Below are positions 25,813-39,389 of a DNA stretch of 64,000 nt, one piece after another. This stretch comes from Camelus dromedarius (Eukaryota). Within the stretch, counting starts at the first letter, position 1, and each line of letters opens with the position of its first letter. The stretch is from positions 28,646,001-28,710,000 of the forward strand of contig NC_087436.1 of assembly GCF_036321535.1 (NCBI RefSeq), in the 5' to 3' direction. The notes beneath the pieces were generated by a model. It saw nothing but the letters and a program-made list of their open reading frames with translations. It did no database searches and was not told the origin of the DNA. Made by a program: the position numbers and the translations under genes.

Positions 25813-28479
25813 AATGCAGTGTTTGCCACATGGCAGATCTAGACTCAGCAGAACATGAAATTAATGTAGTGGTTTGTGCCCAACATTTCAACATGAAATA
25901 AATTAGACTAAAATAGGAGAAAGTGGAGAAAATGGTATATTTCAAATATTAAGTATAAGTATGGTTCATGAAACTTCTACTTCTTTTATATATGCACTTG
26001 TTGCTATCTAGCCAGTAATAGCCAGTGTGGCCTACCAAATGTTTATTTTTGGCTCTCACACGCATGTTTCGATGCATCCATTATATCCCATTGGCAATAA
26101 TGATAAAATGTCTTTAATACCAACCCTGGATATTACTTATATACTTTTTTTACAATTTTATGCCAAATATATTTCTTACTATTGTTTATAATTAGAATGT
26201 TAGTGCAGACCTGTGGCTGTAAATATATTCTTTTATAATAATAGAAGGAGCCAATGGGACTTGTTAAATGTACCGCATTAACAAATGGCAGCAACTAAGA
26301 AAATTACTTTTGAGAGAAATAAAACCAATTATAATATTTTTAAAAAACCAGACACACTCAGAACACTTAGATGGTGTGTTCTGGAGAACATGTAAGAGTA
26401 TCACTCTTTTTCTATTAATTACCATGCTTTCTCTTCATTTTCTTCATCCAGCGTGAAGTCAGCCCAAAAACTTCACGGGAGCTACATGTTCTCCTTTTCC
26501 AGTAATGAATAAGAACATAAACTGTATGAATTGTGAGTAGAGTGAGTAGGCCAAGAGTAGAGTGAGTCATCTTTAAGGCTTGTGCATGCACAGATGATGG
26601 CTAAGTGGTTGTAACACAGGTCGGGGGCCTCATGCAAAGTGTGTTCACTGTAGCTAGGAGTGAGCACTGCCCGCTAGTGCACGTGTTTATGTATAAGGAG
26701 GACACAGGAATCATGCTCCTGCCAGCAGAGGCGGCAGCCCCATCAGTCTTGCTGTGCTCTGTTCGCAGCGTTATATGATAATCCTGTTCCCTCCCCACGC
26801 TGACAGGGATTCTCGTCCACACTGAACATTTGATTCCATTTTCCCTTTTGGAATACTAGCCCTCAAAACGTTTTTTTAAAAATATTACCTTCTATGTGGA
26901 AGTAAAGTAGATAAAATGATAAATAAAATTAAGAGTATTATATGTAAGGTTATGAATATTTATTCCTAATAAAATATATTTTATTTTAATATAAAATATA
27001 TATTTTATATTATAATATTTTATTATAAATATAATTAAATATATTTTAGGAGAGGACTCTAATATTTTTTAATGAAAGGACAACTTTAAATTATAAATCA
27101 GCATTGTTATTCATTGCAATGGTGTCCCTCGAAATATCTGGAAACCCTTTTGGAAAAGAAAAAAGATTTCCGTATTATTTATCTTAGAGTATGAAACCAA
27201 GTGGGCTCTTGCAGGCCTGACAGTCTCCAAGGAAATATTATTCATTATGTATTTACAGTTATTGGATTAAAACTTTGTAATGTGCTATGTTCAATTAATA
27301 ATAATACAGAGCAGGGTGAACGATGAAATACATTGTGCTGTTTTAAAAGCTCTAATATGAGAAAAGACAAGCAGTTTGTCCTAATGAATGCATCTAATTG
27401 GTTCACTTTATTATAAAACACTGGAGCAGCATTTTTCAAGAGGCAGTTCTATTTGTAACTGGCTGTCTTCAGCATGTCAGGGTGTAATAAATGTGCTGCA
27501 GACTAGAACTGCTGATTAGCATTTCTGGAATCCCAGGAAGTTAGTAAAAGCTGTTTGCCATTAAAGAAAGACCTTTTTAGCAGCCTTCAGAAAGAGAGCT
27601 CTAGTCCCATGACCTATGGTTGTTCTTCACTGTAAGTAAATTTAGGAAGATTTCCTATAATGTACTTGGTGTGATTAAAAAGGAAGAAGGATGTTAAGGA
27701 GAAAATGAACATGCATCGTTGTGGTGTAATAGTATTTTAGTATTTCCCACATAACTTTAAAATGTTTAGTACAAAGGGTATCATCACTATAATTACCTGA
27801 ATCATACTTTTTTTTTCCTTTTTTTGTTTGTTTCATGTTTCTCAGTAACTCAGTGTCAATAATGGATGTAAATCAGCCACTGGTGAAAAGAAAAATGAGT
27901 AAGACTAGCTTTCAGAAGAGTTGTTAGCGATGACAAGTAAGACCAAACCAAAAGTCACTTAAGAGAAAGGAAAATGGTCTTCATTTTTATTTCCTAAAAG
28001 ACCAATGTATTAAAATTCAACCCTAACACAAAAGTTTGTGAAACTAGTTAACTACAATATTTTATCCTGAAATATTAAGATAATGCCTTTAATAATCATT
28101 TTCAAGATGTAAAATTTAAGCACAGAAAGAAATCATATGCTGACAAATAACAATTTTCAGGGCTTTTAGCCTGTTAGAATACTGTTAGTCTCAATCTCTT
28201 ATATGAATTAGTTCTAAAAGTAGAGTTTCATAATTCATATATAGCTAACTTCAATTTAAGTAAAATATTTTTGCATAATGTATTTTATAGTTGGAATGCC
28301 TTGAATTTTTGACTAAAGTAAAAATGTAAGTATTTCTATATTAAGAAATGAAAAATTCTTAATGCCCAGTCTTCTGAATTAGAAATTATGGTGACTTAAA
28401 ACACAATGCATCTAGTATGTGGAAAAAAACTGAAAAAAATGAATAGTATATTACAATAACCACAAATAATCTTACATAG

Positions 28480-28640
28480 TTAAAAAGAGATTTAAAGTAA
28501 AAGGATGGAAAAAGACAAGTAGTAACCAGAATAGAGCTGGGTTGGCTATGCTATTACCTGAACAAATAGATGTTTAGTTCAAAAAAGTATTAAGGCAAAG
28601 GACATTATACTTTAATAAAAGTAAAATATTTACAGTAAAG
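28480..28640 (+). mobile_element. L1 ORF2 endonuclease-region fragment
   Basis: aaaggatggaaaaaga...aaccagaatagagctgggttggctatgctattacctgaacaaataga resembles KGWKK..NQ.RAGVAIL..DKID. Confidence 0.7.
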
Positions 28641-30313
28641 TACTGTATTTACATCAGTACCGTAAAAAGAGGTTGTACTGAAGAGACAGGAGACCTAAAA
28701 GGCACTCAATACCCTGGACATGAGGTAGCTGTTTAACATTTCCTTCTCTGCTGAAAGGATGATATACTATTTCATATCCTAACACTTTAATTGAAAGTAA
28801 AACTTCATTTGGTTCCACCATACATGCCCTTACTGTCATTTTCTATCTAAAAGAAAGATGCAGGAGCAGAACAAGGTTACTTTCTGGGTTCTAACTAATT
28901 TCCTAGAAGTAGGAATGCTTACTGATAATACATCATGCATTTTAAAATGATGCACTTGTCATTTCAAGAACTTGTTTAGCATGATTTTGCTGTCGTGCGT
29001 ATGCATACGCCTCATGACCTGTGTCATTCAGATCCTTCTCACCACCTCCTTCATAGTTACATAGTAATCGTTAATAGTTGACATTTGCATTCTCATTCTA
29101 AATGCATTTTGTGGTTCAATCCATAAATTTGTTCTTGCTATAACTTCTTATGTAGAATTATCCGTAATTACCTTACAATTACTCTTCACTGTATTCTTCA
29201 CAGACGTCAGTCAGATTTATCAAGTGTAGCCTTGATATCACCTAAACTTTATTGCCATTACCGCAAACACCCAGGGATGTCTTATAGTACAAAGCCATTA
29301 GCACTAACTGCTCATGAAATTCAGTGCTTTATAGAACCTACTGGACTTGCAATCATTTCTCAGAAGCTAAAAAGCAGCAGTGACCACCAGTGTGTTGTGT
29401 GTTCACTTTCTTATTTCTCATGCACAACCATTTATTTTATCTCTGAGGTTACAAACATAGTACTACTCAGTTATTTACTCTTCATAAACTGTCTAGTCCC
29501 ACTTATGAATATCAGATCATAATAGAGATCATGATACCTGAATGCTTATAATAGGCTTATTAAAACAGGTCATTACATTTTTATTATTGTTCAATATTGA
29601 CATCAACAAAGTGAGTGACAACAAAATGATTATGTTTCAGAGTATGTCATAAAATGGCACAAAAGAACATAATAAAATGTTATTAGGCACCATAAGGAAA
29701 ATAAATAATTTTAGGAATGAAACAGTTGAACCACTAAAAATGTTGTGAAAATGATTTCAAAATCCTTTGTGGCCAAAATATAATATCAGATAAAGCCATG
29801 ACATAAAAGTTACATTGAAATTTAAACTAGTTCATTTCAAAATTTGAAACCATATAAAAGTTCAGATGGCTGGAGAAAAATTCATTTAAATTTCTATCAT
29901 ACTCAAACACATATAAATGAATATTTTGATTTTTTTCTTAAGCCAAAAATACCACATTTAATGATTCTGTTGATAAAATAGTTTGTATTAAGTGGGACAA
30001 AAATGAGTTTTTTAAGATATGTAAATGATTCCCTATGATAAAACTTGAAAGAAAACAGTTGATGATACGTCAGTAGAGAATGGAAGTCTCAGACATCATA
30101 GCCAGGGTTCATGAGTCACAACTGAAAAGAGGATCAGTGACCGTCTACAAGAATGCCAGACAGTCTAGACAGGCTGACATGTAAAAACTGCCTTCATTAA
30201 GTGGGGGTGATGAGGCAGAGTCACTGAGCAACGTACAACAAAAAGAATCAGAAAAAATAAAATTCATGTGCTGTGATATGTGAGTCTCATTATAAACCAT
30301 TTTGTAAAGCCTA

Positions 30314-31205
30314 CGCAGGAAAGAAAGAATAATTTCCCTCGCTACCTTTCTGAGTTCTCAACTGAGAGGCCTGTAAGATAAATTAACAAGAGAAAAACAA
30401 ACAGAAGATTATTAACCTGAATACCTTATAGGTACATGGGAGATACTCAGGGGAAAATGAGTAACTCCTTGAGGTGGCTTGGAATTCTTGATCAAATACC
30501 ATCTTCACAGGGAAAGGGGAAGGGGCATGTGGTCCTCTTAGGAGAGAGAAAATGATTTTTAGGAAGGACAAAATGGACCCTTAGGAGCGTGACAGGAGGT
30601 GTGATTGTGACAATCTGTCTGGATGTGGGCCCAATTCCAGCCCCCTCTCTTGTGATGAGTCAGTCTTCCCTGGTGGATGGAACTGCTGGAGGGGAGGTTT
30701 TTGACAACTGAATTCCTTTTGGAGGCTCTGACTGTCTTTAGGCAAATTAAAGGGAGCTCAGAGTATTAAACAGTAAACTGAGGCACACTTAAATTTTCAA
30801 GAGTTTATTTTAGCAGAGATCTGATTCCAGTAGGGCAACACCAAACTGGAAGTGACTAGGCGCCCAGGAAAGACTTTTGCAGAGCAGATGGGAAGCAAAA
30901 GCACGTAAAGGTAATTCGACTGGCTATAGCTTAGGTGATTACCTTATTTGGGGAAGACTAGTTGTCTGTTTGTGATTGCTTGTTTTTAGGTATGATTTCT
31001 TAATCTTGAGGCATTTATAGGAATTCACTCTGGCTGAGGTTCCTGTTTGCTCCTCCAGGCTGCCAGGTCTTTAGAGCCCTCAGCCTAACGGTCTCCGCGT
31101 TTAATCACTTTAACGAGAGGAAGCTTCTCTCTGCTTTTGTTGTTTTTCAAGTGCCTACAGCTCCAAAGCAGCATATTTTGGGGTGGTATATTTTTCTATC
31201 CTTCA
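30314..31205 (-). mobile_element. MER34-like ERV1 solo LTR (outer element of nested pair)
   Basis: 4-bp TSD ccta (30310-30313 and 31206-31209). The end gcatattttggggtggtata...tccttca matches the MER34-type 5' end in reverse. Confidence 0.8.
30764..31115 (-). mobile_element. Second ERV1-class solo LTR nested in the MER34-like LTR
   Basis: TSD agag (30760-30763 and 31116-31119). Termini tattaaa...tttaacg are decayed TGTTAAA...TTTAACA. AATAAA on the minus strand at about 30805. Confidence 0.75.
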
Positions 31206-31649
31206 CCTAAAAAAAAAGAAAAAAAAATCAGAATAGATAGGAGAAAGGCTCTTAGCTAGAAGTGTGTTAAAATAGATACTGGACATCAAGCCAGGGTATG
31301 GCGTAATTCCTTGTGTTCAAGGAGTATTTGTACTGAAAAAGTTTGGGGAAAAAAATAAATCCGATCTCAAATCAGTTTGATCCTCTATCTTATGCTAGGA
31401 TGGACAGGTTTATATTAGTGTATCACAGGCTTTGAAAGTTCTGTTGGAAAGACCTTTAGCTTCATTAGCATACCATTTCCTGTACTCATTATAACAACTA
31501 TTTATATTTTTTATTTTACTTTTTTATTTCACTGAGTCACAGTTTTGGGGGGATTTTCTATTACAGAAAACATGTCCTTGACTTTTTGAAGCGTTTCTTA
31601 ATGTACATAAGGTGACTGGATGTGGCAGAGAGGTGACATTTCTCACCAC

Positions 31650-32030
31650 ATCGGAAAGGATCTGTCCATTAGGAAACTGTTGCCCAGAATAGAGCTGGAC
31701 TAGTAGAGGTAACATGAAAAATCAATGTCTTTGCTGTATCTAGAAGAGATTCATGTTCATATGGGGAAAAAATGGAGAATGTCAACAAATTGTGTCCTCG
31801 CCGGACAGAACATAACTACTATAAATTGGTCCATGACACTCCATTTGCTGGGCACATAGGGAAGAAAGACAAAAAACAACTTAGGAAAGGAAAATTTCTT
31901 CCAGCCATTCACGTATTGGAATGTGGCCAGTGTCAGCGATTCTGTAATGAATAGGGGATGTCAGCAAAGAGACAAGATACAAGTAGAACTTCTTTCACTT
32001 AAATGAGTCTAGGTAGATATTCTGTTCCTC
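31650..32030 (+). mobile_element. Ty3/Gypsy integrase relic (HHCC zinc-binding domain and start of core)
   Basis: Across frameshifts: LLY, QQIV (31783), KLVHDTPFAGHIGKK (H at 31832), NFFQP, RFCNE*, GCQ (31959), SF..MS.VDIL. Confidence 0.7.
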
Positions 32031-32923
32031 CACGGAGGCCGTGGGTGAATTTTAAATAAAATTTGAATTTAACATCTAAAGTTTATACATAAGAAGAGAA
32101 ATAGTTACAAGTAAATATTAGAAGATGTTATTCTAACGAAAGAGAGGTGGTCTCTAAAGTTCACAGATTTGAAACAAAATACATAGAATTTAAGAGGGAA
32201 AAAAAATGCAAGAAACAAATTGTGACATTTAAAATGGAAAATCTTGAATTATGCTCTTCTTCTTAATCAGTAATTCTAATAAATATTCATTGCCTAATTA
32301 TTAAACTTTTGCAAGTGTTAATATTTTCCTTAAAAAAAACAGTGTATTTCATTTATTCTATGAAACAGTTTCAGTTGTAATGTCTTCTTAATCAGATTAC
32401 TAAACTTTTACCATTTTTAACATACTTGATATTAAGCTTAAAGATAGAGTCAGTTGATACTTTAAGAAATATTTTTCTGTATTTAATATATTTAATACAG
32501 TTAATATTCATAGTCAAATTCTCATATCAGTATATATTTTTCTGTATTTCTTAAAAGCCCTTATATGGTGGGATCTTTCTATCCTAGATCTAATAACTAA
32601 TGCATATGATATTAACCTTTTTTTGCTTTTTAAAATAGTTTTGAAAGCGAAATACTAAAGAACATGACTTTTATTAAATTATCTAATTTCAAATTTAAAT
32701 AATTTTGTAAATTTGCAGTGTTTCAGTCAATACATTTGTTGAATGTGGACTTAGTAAAGATCTGTATTAAATTCTGAGGATAAAATGGTAGCAAAGAGAT
32801 AAGCTTCAGCCCTCTGGGTCCTGATATAAATGGATGAATTTGGCTTCGTTGATAAACAGTCACCAAATAAATCACATGTGTCTAATCATTTTACTTCTTG
32901 TGGAGAATACAAATAAATTAACA

Positions 32924-33306
32924 TACATAAACATAGATGATATTTGAATAGACAGGGCTGAGTGAACACCTTCTGATCCATATGTAGGTGTCTAGTTGGC
33001 TGTATTTCTTTCTATTAGGGAACACCACAAGAAAAAAAACAGTATATTCCATTGTGTTAGTACAAATGTGTAATGCTGATTTTTCACAGTAGACCCGTGT
33101 GATCTTACCCAGCACCAAACTTTATCATGGATTCAAATGATACCACAGCTCTGGAACAGAGAAACATTTTTTCTTCAAGGACTCAGAGATGCAGCAAATT
33201 CTGCTCTCAAAAAATGCCTGTCCTTTTCCACATTATAGTGCCTTTGGTTTTGTGGAGTAATGTGTGTGGGAACATTGATCAACAAAGAGCTTTTAAAGCT
33301 GTTTAA
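32924..33306 (+). mobile_element. Ty3/Gypsy reverse transcriptase relic (palm to thumb)
   Basis: IDDI*I (32933), EHLL, ILPSTK, FLQG, HIIVPL, W.NIDQQRAFKAV (33268-33303). About 113 codons separate DD and W, in line with typical RT spacing. Confidence 0.5.
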
Positions 33307-33624
33307 CTTCTCTGTTTTGACTCCCGTAAGCACTCAGACAGGAAAAGTGCTTAGGTGATTAAGCCCATTCTCCAGCCAGCCATGTGCCATAAATCTATAA
33401 ATTCCAGGTTGATTTACAAGTATATCCACATAAAAATGGGACTTTGCTATTTTTAAGCTAATAAATTTACAGGGAAGCCTTAAGGACATCATTAGTGTAT
33501 TAAGAAAGAGAATTTTAGTTTCACAGGCATGGAAAAAATAGATTACAGACCTATACATTAATTTGAATAGCTTGATTAATCAATCTGATTAATAAATGCA
33601 TTCAATAAGACGAATAACTTTAAT

Positions 33625-33950
33625 AGTGAAATAAGTCAGAAAAGGAAAGACAAATACTGTATGTTATCACTTATATGTGGACTCTAAAAAATAGAACAAA
33701 GGAATGAATATAACAAAACAGAAGCAGACTCATAGATACAGAGAATGAACTAGTGGTTACCAGTGGGGAGACGGAAGGGGAAGGGACAAGATAGGGGCAG
33801 GGAACTAAGAGGTAAAAACTACAATGTACGAAATAAATAAGCTAAAAGAATATGTTGCACAGGGAATATAGCCAATATTTTATAATAACTTTGAATGGAG
33901 TAATTTACAAAGATAAATAAAACAAAATAGTCAAAATCATAGGGAAAAAA
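33625..33950 (+). mobile_element. L1 3' region (cetartiodactyl-type)
   Basis: agtgaaataagtcaga...aaagacaaatactgtatgttatcacttatatgtgga...gaactagtggttaccagtgggga. Degenerate TSD aaga..aa.aactttaa on both sides. Confidence 0.9.
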
Positions 33951-33964
33951 GATTAACAACTTTA

Positions 33965-34085
33965 AGAAATAAACCTACCTCCTCATAGAGTTGTTATGAT
34001 ATTTAAAATAAATTATATAAAACTGATTATGTATTTTCCACCATACCCAGCACATAGTAGGCTCTGAATGCTAGCTATGAGTATT
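33965..34085 (+). mobile_element. MIR SINE fragment
   Basis: cctacctcctcatagagttgttatga...cccagcacatagtaggctc. Confidence 0.65.
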
Positions 34086-34751
34086 CTAAAAGTGAAAGAC
34101 AGTAAAATTAGTTTTCAAAAATGTTTAAAGGGTTGAAAATATTACTTTTTTGGTAGCTAAAGAAACAATGCTGTATGTTGTAGAGATTTGCCTATCATTC
34201 ATTGTGAAAACAATCTCCTCTTACTAGTAAAGAACACAGGGAAATTCAAGTTCTAAGACATGCTCTACCTCATGTTAAAAACTTACATATGAAAAAAAAT
34301 TACTAACAAAATTATTATCAGAAGTAGAAAGTTAATGACAGTAGAAAAGGAAGTTAAGACTGTGAATGTATAAGGTGTATGCCTGCATATATTCCTGGAA
34401 TAAGTAATCATTGTAGTCACTTTATTCTGGAAATATTTTGAACATTTTTATAGAAGTAATTTTTTTCTTAATTGATGGAATGCCTATTAATCATTTGAGA
34501 AAGCTAAAATAAATGAATAGTGCAGAAAAATAATCTAATTTCCTTAAATACTCTATCGAACAGGATAGATGAAGGAACATATATTAGTGATGTCACAAAT
34601 AGCTTACAGAGTAAGCATGTATACCTTACTGTGAAACACAGTCATAAGGCTTTGATTTAAATTCAGTTTTCTGGTATTTCCCATATCTCTTTAAATAAAG
34701 ATCTCAATTTTCTTACCAATTTATTTATTACCAAAATAAAACAGAAAATAC

Positions 34752-35318
34752 TGAATTATATCAGAATATGTCACTCCAAAATATGTCACTTTGGCATATT
34801 GATTATTTTGAGCTAAAGACAACTGAGAAATAGATACAAGAAAAGCTCTTTGCCTTTCCCTTTTTTACTAAAATCGGGATAAAATTTTGTAATAGTTAAT
34901 TATTTCTTTACTGGGACAGAAGTTAATCACTGGAGACAACTCTAGACATTTTTCAGCTCAAAGAGGACAACAGAGAAATCTATTTAAGAAACCTTACTAA
35001 CTAGCACTTATCTTTCATTAGTTTTACCAGTATGTTTACCCTCCTGCAATTTGCTGCCTCTGGAAAGTCCTTGTCCTCTGTCTTCTGACTTTTATACAAA
35101 ATATATTGTTCTTTTGTTGAAATGCTGTAAAAGCCCAAGTTCTCACCACTGCTTTGAGTTACTCATCACTGAACACTCCCATGGGTACATGAAATGAACA
35201 TACTAATGAACTTTTGTTTGTTTTTCTCCTATTAATCTACCTTTTGCCAGCCTAATTTATAGGATCCCAATCAGTAAACCTAAGAGAAAACAGGAAAAAT
35301 ATTTTCTTCTCCCCTATA
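34752..35318 (+). mobile_element. MER34-like ERV1 solo LTR
   Basis: tcagaatatgtcactccaaaatatgtcactttggcatattgattattttgagctaaag at the 5' end and ttcttctcccctata at the 3' end. Confidence 0.8.
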
Positions 35319-35689
35319 GTGCCTACTCTGACTTGTAGACCAAGAATTCAAAATGCATATCAAATTTTTCACAAAAAGGACAATAAAATTGTTGGCATTT
35401 GAATGTATATTTCTCTTAACTATTTTTTAATTTTAGATAATTTATTGCTCACGTCATTCTGCCAATTTAGACAGAACTCATGTCTGCAAAGCAAAGCATA
35501 GTGATCCTACAAAATATATATATAAAAAATAGTATCTGTATTTAGTCAATGCTGCAGACTCAGCGTAGCCTCCATACAGGACCCCTGTCCAGGGCAAGAC
35601 CACCTGTTTTAGGAGACAGAAACCCTCTGTATGTCTTCCTGGGAGATGAGAGCCAGTGATTGCATTGAACCTACTATGTGCCAGGACCT

Positions 35690-35900
35690 GTTCCCGTCGT
35701 TTTATGTTCATTAGCTCTATTTTTCAGCTGTGTGACTTTGGGCCAGCATCTCCACCTCTGAGGTCTTCAGTCCTTCATCTGAAAACAGAGGTGGTAATAA
35801 ATATCTGTGTCTGGAGTTACGGTGGTGATCCAGTGAAGTAATGTATGTAATGAACTTAGAACACTGCTTAACCCATAGTCAGTTCTTTCTGACTGATAGC
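35690..35900 (+). mobile_element. MIR SINE
   Basis: agctgtgtgactttgggc...tcagtccttcatctgaaaac...cttagaacactgc, the MIR core. Confidence 0.7.
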
Positions 35901-37329
35901 CAGTACCGTCTTCTTCACAACCATGCTGCCACTTTACAGCTACGCAAAGTGAAGTTTTAAATGTGTTCTTTGTCATACGTACAATTCTGGTGTACACGCA
36001 GCTCAGACATCTGATCGTGGACAATTAGAAATGATGTTAGAGTTTGTAGCATATTTTTTTAAATAATGCAGCACAAGTTTTTTTGCACGCCAACAATGAA
36101 GATTAGGATTCTAGATGAAAAGGAAAGCAATCTCTGTTAAATTGAGAAGATCAGGATTCTGGGTTTGGGACCTGCTGGCCCGGAAGACTTGCTGTGTTGG
36201 CTTCAGGTGTTGCCTCTCTACCTGATACTTCAGTTGCCTCAGCAGCCTTCTTGACCTGTCCTTCACTCTTCACCATCTTTTCTCATTCTTCCTAATAGCC
36301 TTTTGTTGTGACTGTACACTCTCACATAAATTCTATCACGTGACATTTCTAGAAAAAAGGCTCAAAAGCCTTATTTTTAAAAATTTTTTTAATGTCAAAA
36401 GCTTTATGGTCCAAGTGAATTTTTTTAGAACTTATACGTTGTTGTTAGACAAACAGACAAGAACCCACTTCCTATACCTGCTTTCAAGAATACACCATGA
36501 AAGTATATTACTTGATACATGTATGACAAAAACATCTCAACAAGAGTGATTGTTTAGTTTTTAAGTGCTATTTAATCTTAAAGGTGATCAAACTGCTATA
36601 AAAAAAGTTAACCAAAAAAAAAAAAAGTAAGATGCAGATTTTATTGAACTAAATAGATTTTCCTTAAGGTTGATATGTTAGCACTAGTTCATAAAATGTC
36701 ATTGTCACCTGCAGGTAGACATGGGGTATTTATGTGTAGGAGTGGTGTCTTTATCGTCAAAGGATTAAGCAGGGGTCTGGGCTCACTTATGGCAGTAAGT
36801 TTACGTGGAAATTGTAATTACTTCCTAGGATTTCGCTGCTGTTTTACAAAGAGCAGTGTAACATTCAAAACTAAAAACCTGTTTTGTTCGATCACTACGC
36901 ACTTTTCTTTTTTGGTGTTCAATTGTAATATTGACAGGCTTCTACTGGATATTTGTTTTAAATGTCTATATTTTCCTCATTAGAATGTCACAAGAGAAAG
37001 CATTTAAAAATGTATGGATGGAATTTCTTCAGAGATATACTTTAAGATAATTTCCATATGTTAACATAATCATTACATTATTCTCAAGAGAGAGACAGAT
37101 GCAATTAAGAAAAAAATAGCTATTGTGTCATTGACTGCTTGTCATGAACTATTTCATAAGCACATATACAATCAACAACCAACCCTAGCCACTATTTTAA
37201 GCAAAATGCACAGGCAGTCCAGTATTCAAGAGGAGCAGTCTAGACTTGCGACACACCTGAGTCTGACAACCCACTAATTTTCTTTTTCCTTTTCCAATAT
37301 GGTCCATTTAAATGAAAATATTCAGAGTT

Positions 37330-37920
37330 TTCAAGTGTTTCATATTTCCTTACATCAGCCTCCTTTCCTTTTTCTTCTTTACTTAAAGAATCTCTATCAT
37401 CCTTTTTAAGACTCATTTTGGCTGTCTCACCCCTTAGGATGTCTTCTCTTGTGCCCTGCTCCATCCCTGCTCCAAATCAGACTTGGAGCCCTTTTCAGAC
37501 TCCATCTCTGTAACACGATCCCCTCTATACTTCTCTCATTACCCAATAATTTCCTGCATCTAGGAGATGGTCGGGTACAAACAGATGCTCAACTAAAAAT
37601 AGCTCAATGAATGATAAAGAGACTTGATAAGTCCTCATTCTCTTCCTGTCTTGAACTGAGGTATTTCCCGGGTTAAAATGTAATACTCTTTTCTTCATTT
37701 TCTTCTCCCCTTTGGAAATGTCATGCATTCCCATGAGTTCAGTTATCAAAATGTTTCATAAATAAAAATCTGACATCTCCCCAGAATTCTAATTAAGCAT
37801 TCCAAGTGACTACAGGAGGTGAGTTAAGTACATTTCCCCCAAAAAAACACCCTTAGATGGACTTCACTCCTTTGTGACATTGAAAAGATGTACCACCCAT
37901 ATTGCATTATTTCCAAACTT
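37330..37920 (+). mobile_element. L2 fragments
   Basis: L2-like 3' end (cagatgctcaactaaa..aatgaatgat) and pyrimidine-rich L2-type sequence. Highly decayed. Confidence 0.45.
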
Positions 37921-39389
37921 TAAATATTTTTTCTGACATTTTTAAAATCTGAATTTATTAAAGAAGTCTGTAGGTAAACACTCTTCTTCCTTAAAGTGGC
38001 TTTCCTTTTCCTAGAAAATACAAATTGCATGTTAGTTGCTTTTACACCTAGGTCCAGATAGCTTTACTTTGCTATATTGTTCAGGAATTTAAGTTACTGG
38101 TTCCCTATGTAAACAATCTTCTCACTCGGAGTTCACTTTTATTTTATTCTATCAAATAAATGAGTTAAAAATTTTCCTCTCTATAAGGATGTAAAATGCA
38201 GGTTGATCTCTGAGATGGTAAATGTCATAAAATAATAGAATTTTAGTGACATTAGGTGGAACATATATTTAACACAATGTTAATATTTAAATGTTTTTTG
38301 AAAATTGTGGAGAATTTTAGGAGTTAAAAAAAATTTCCTGATATTCAGAATAGATCTTCAGAAAAGACTAAGATGAACATTTCACTGTATCTTGGTGAAC
38401 TGTATTTCTGACCTGATGTTTACTTGGATTACACAAAGTGGCGATTGATTATTGTTACTGGTAACAGTAGTAGCAGTAGTACTTTCATCGTTATTTAGTT
38501 CACGCTTGGCTATCAAAGTTAGAAGAAATAATGGAAAATGGAGTAGAACTTTCTTCTTACGCAGCCCATAAAAAATCCCAACATCATGAGTTGTCTTTGC
38601 TAATTTATCTCTCCTTTTAGTAAGCGCACAATTAGCACTAAATTTAAAGAAAAATCTTTATGGATAAAAATCAAATAATTTATAACTCTCCTAGAAGTAA
38701 GGTATTTGAAATGACCTTCTGCTGTCTTAGAAAATATGCCCATGTTGGACTTTCTCTCAATATACTCACATAGTCATTCAGCTCATGTGATTTAAAATTA
38801 AAATTAGTCTTGAGGAGAATTATTCCTTGAGAACTGTTATAAAAAAAATCCTATTCACCTCACTGCCAACTCCCAGATTCTACTACTTGAATTATCTCAC
38901 GACCTCATGTAAATTTATGCTTTTAGATATCTCCATATGGAGATTAGTTGATTTTAAAATAAGAAGAGTCTGTGAACTGGCCTGTAACTCTTGTGTGCTA
39001 GGCTATCTCCAGAAAAACAATTTTTGGATAAGATTTTGGCAAATACTGAGATATTCTATTTAAATCCAACCTGTTCAATATTCTATAAAACATGGTCTTA
39101 AAATCAAAAATATAATCTGGATTTACAGGTAGCAAGTAAATGTAAAATGCAAGAAGATTTCCCACTGAACAGGCAAGGGAAAAAAAATCTACCTTTAATC
39201 TGTTGAAACAGTATCTTTTCAATAGAAAATTCCCATGTTCAGTTACATTGAATATTTTATTCTCAAAATTTGAATATAGTCAAACTTTCCATACTTTATA
39301 GGTTGCTTAGAGTATGGGATAAGTTGTTATGAGCAGACTAAGAATAATAAAAGAAAAAACGTATAATTTGGTGATTTAAAGAAAGAGTT

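Noticed and set aside
26720..26740. CTCF site (gccagcagaggcggcag)
   Set aside because: The 3' half departs from the CCASYAGRKGGC core, so it is too weak to call without a PWM scan.
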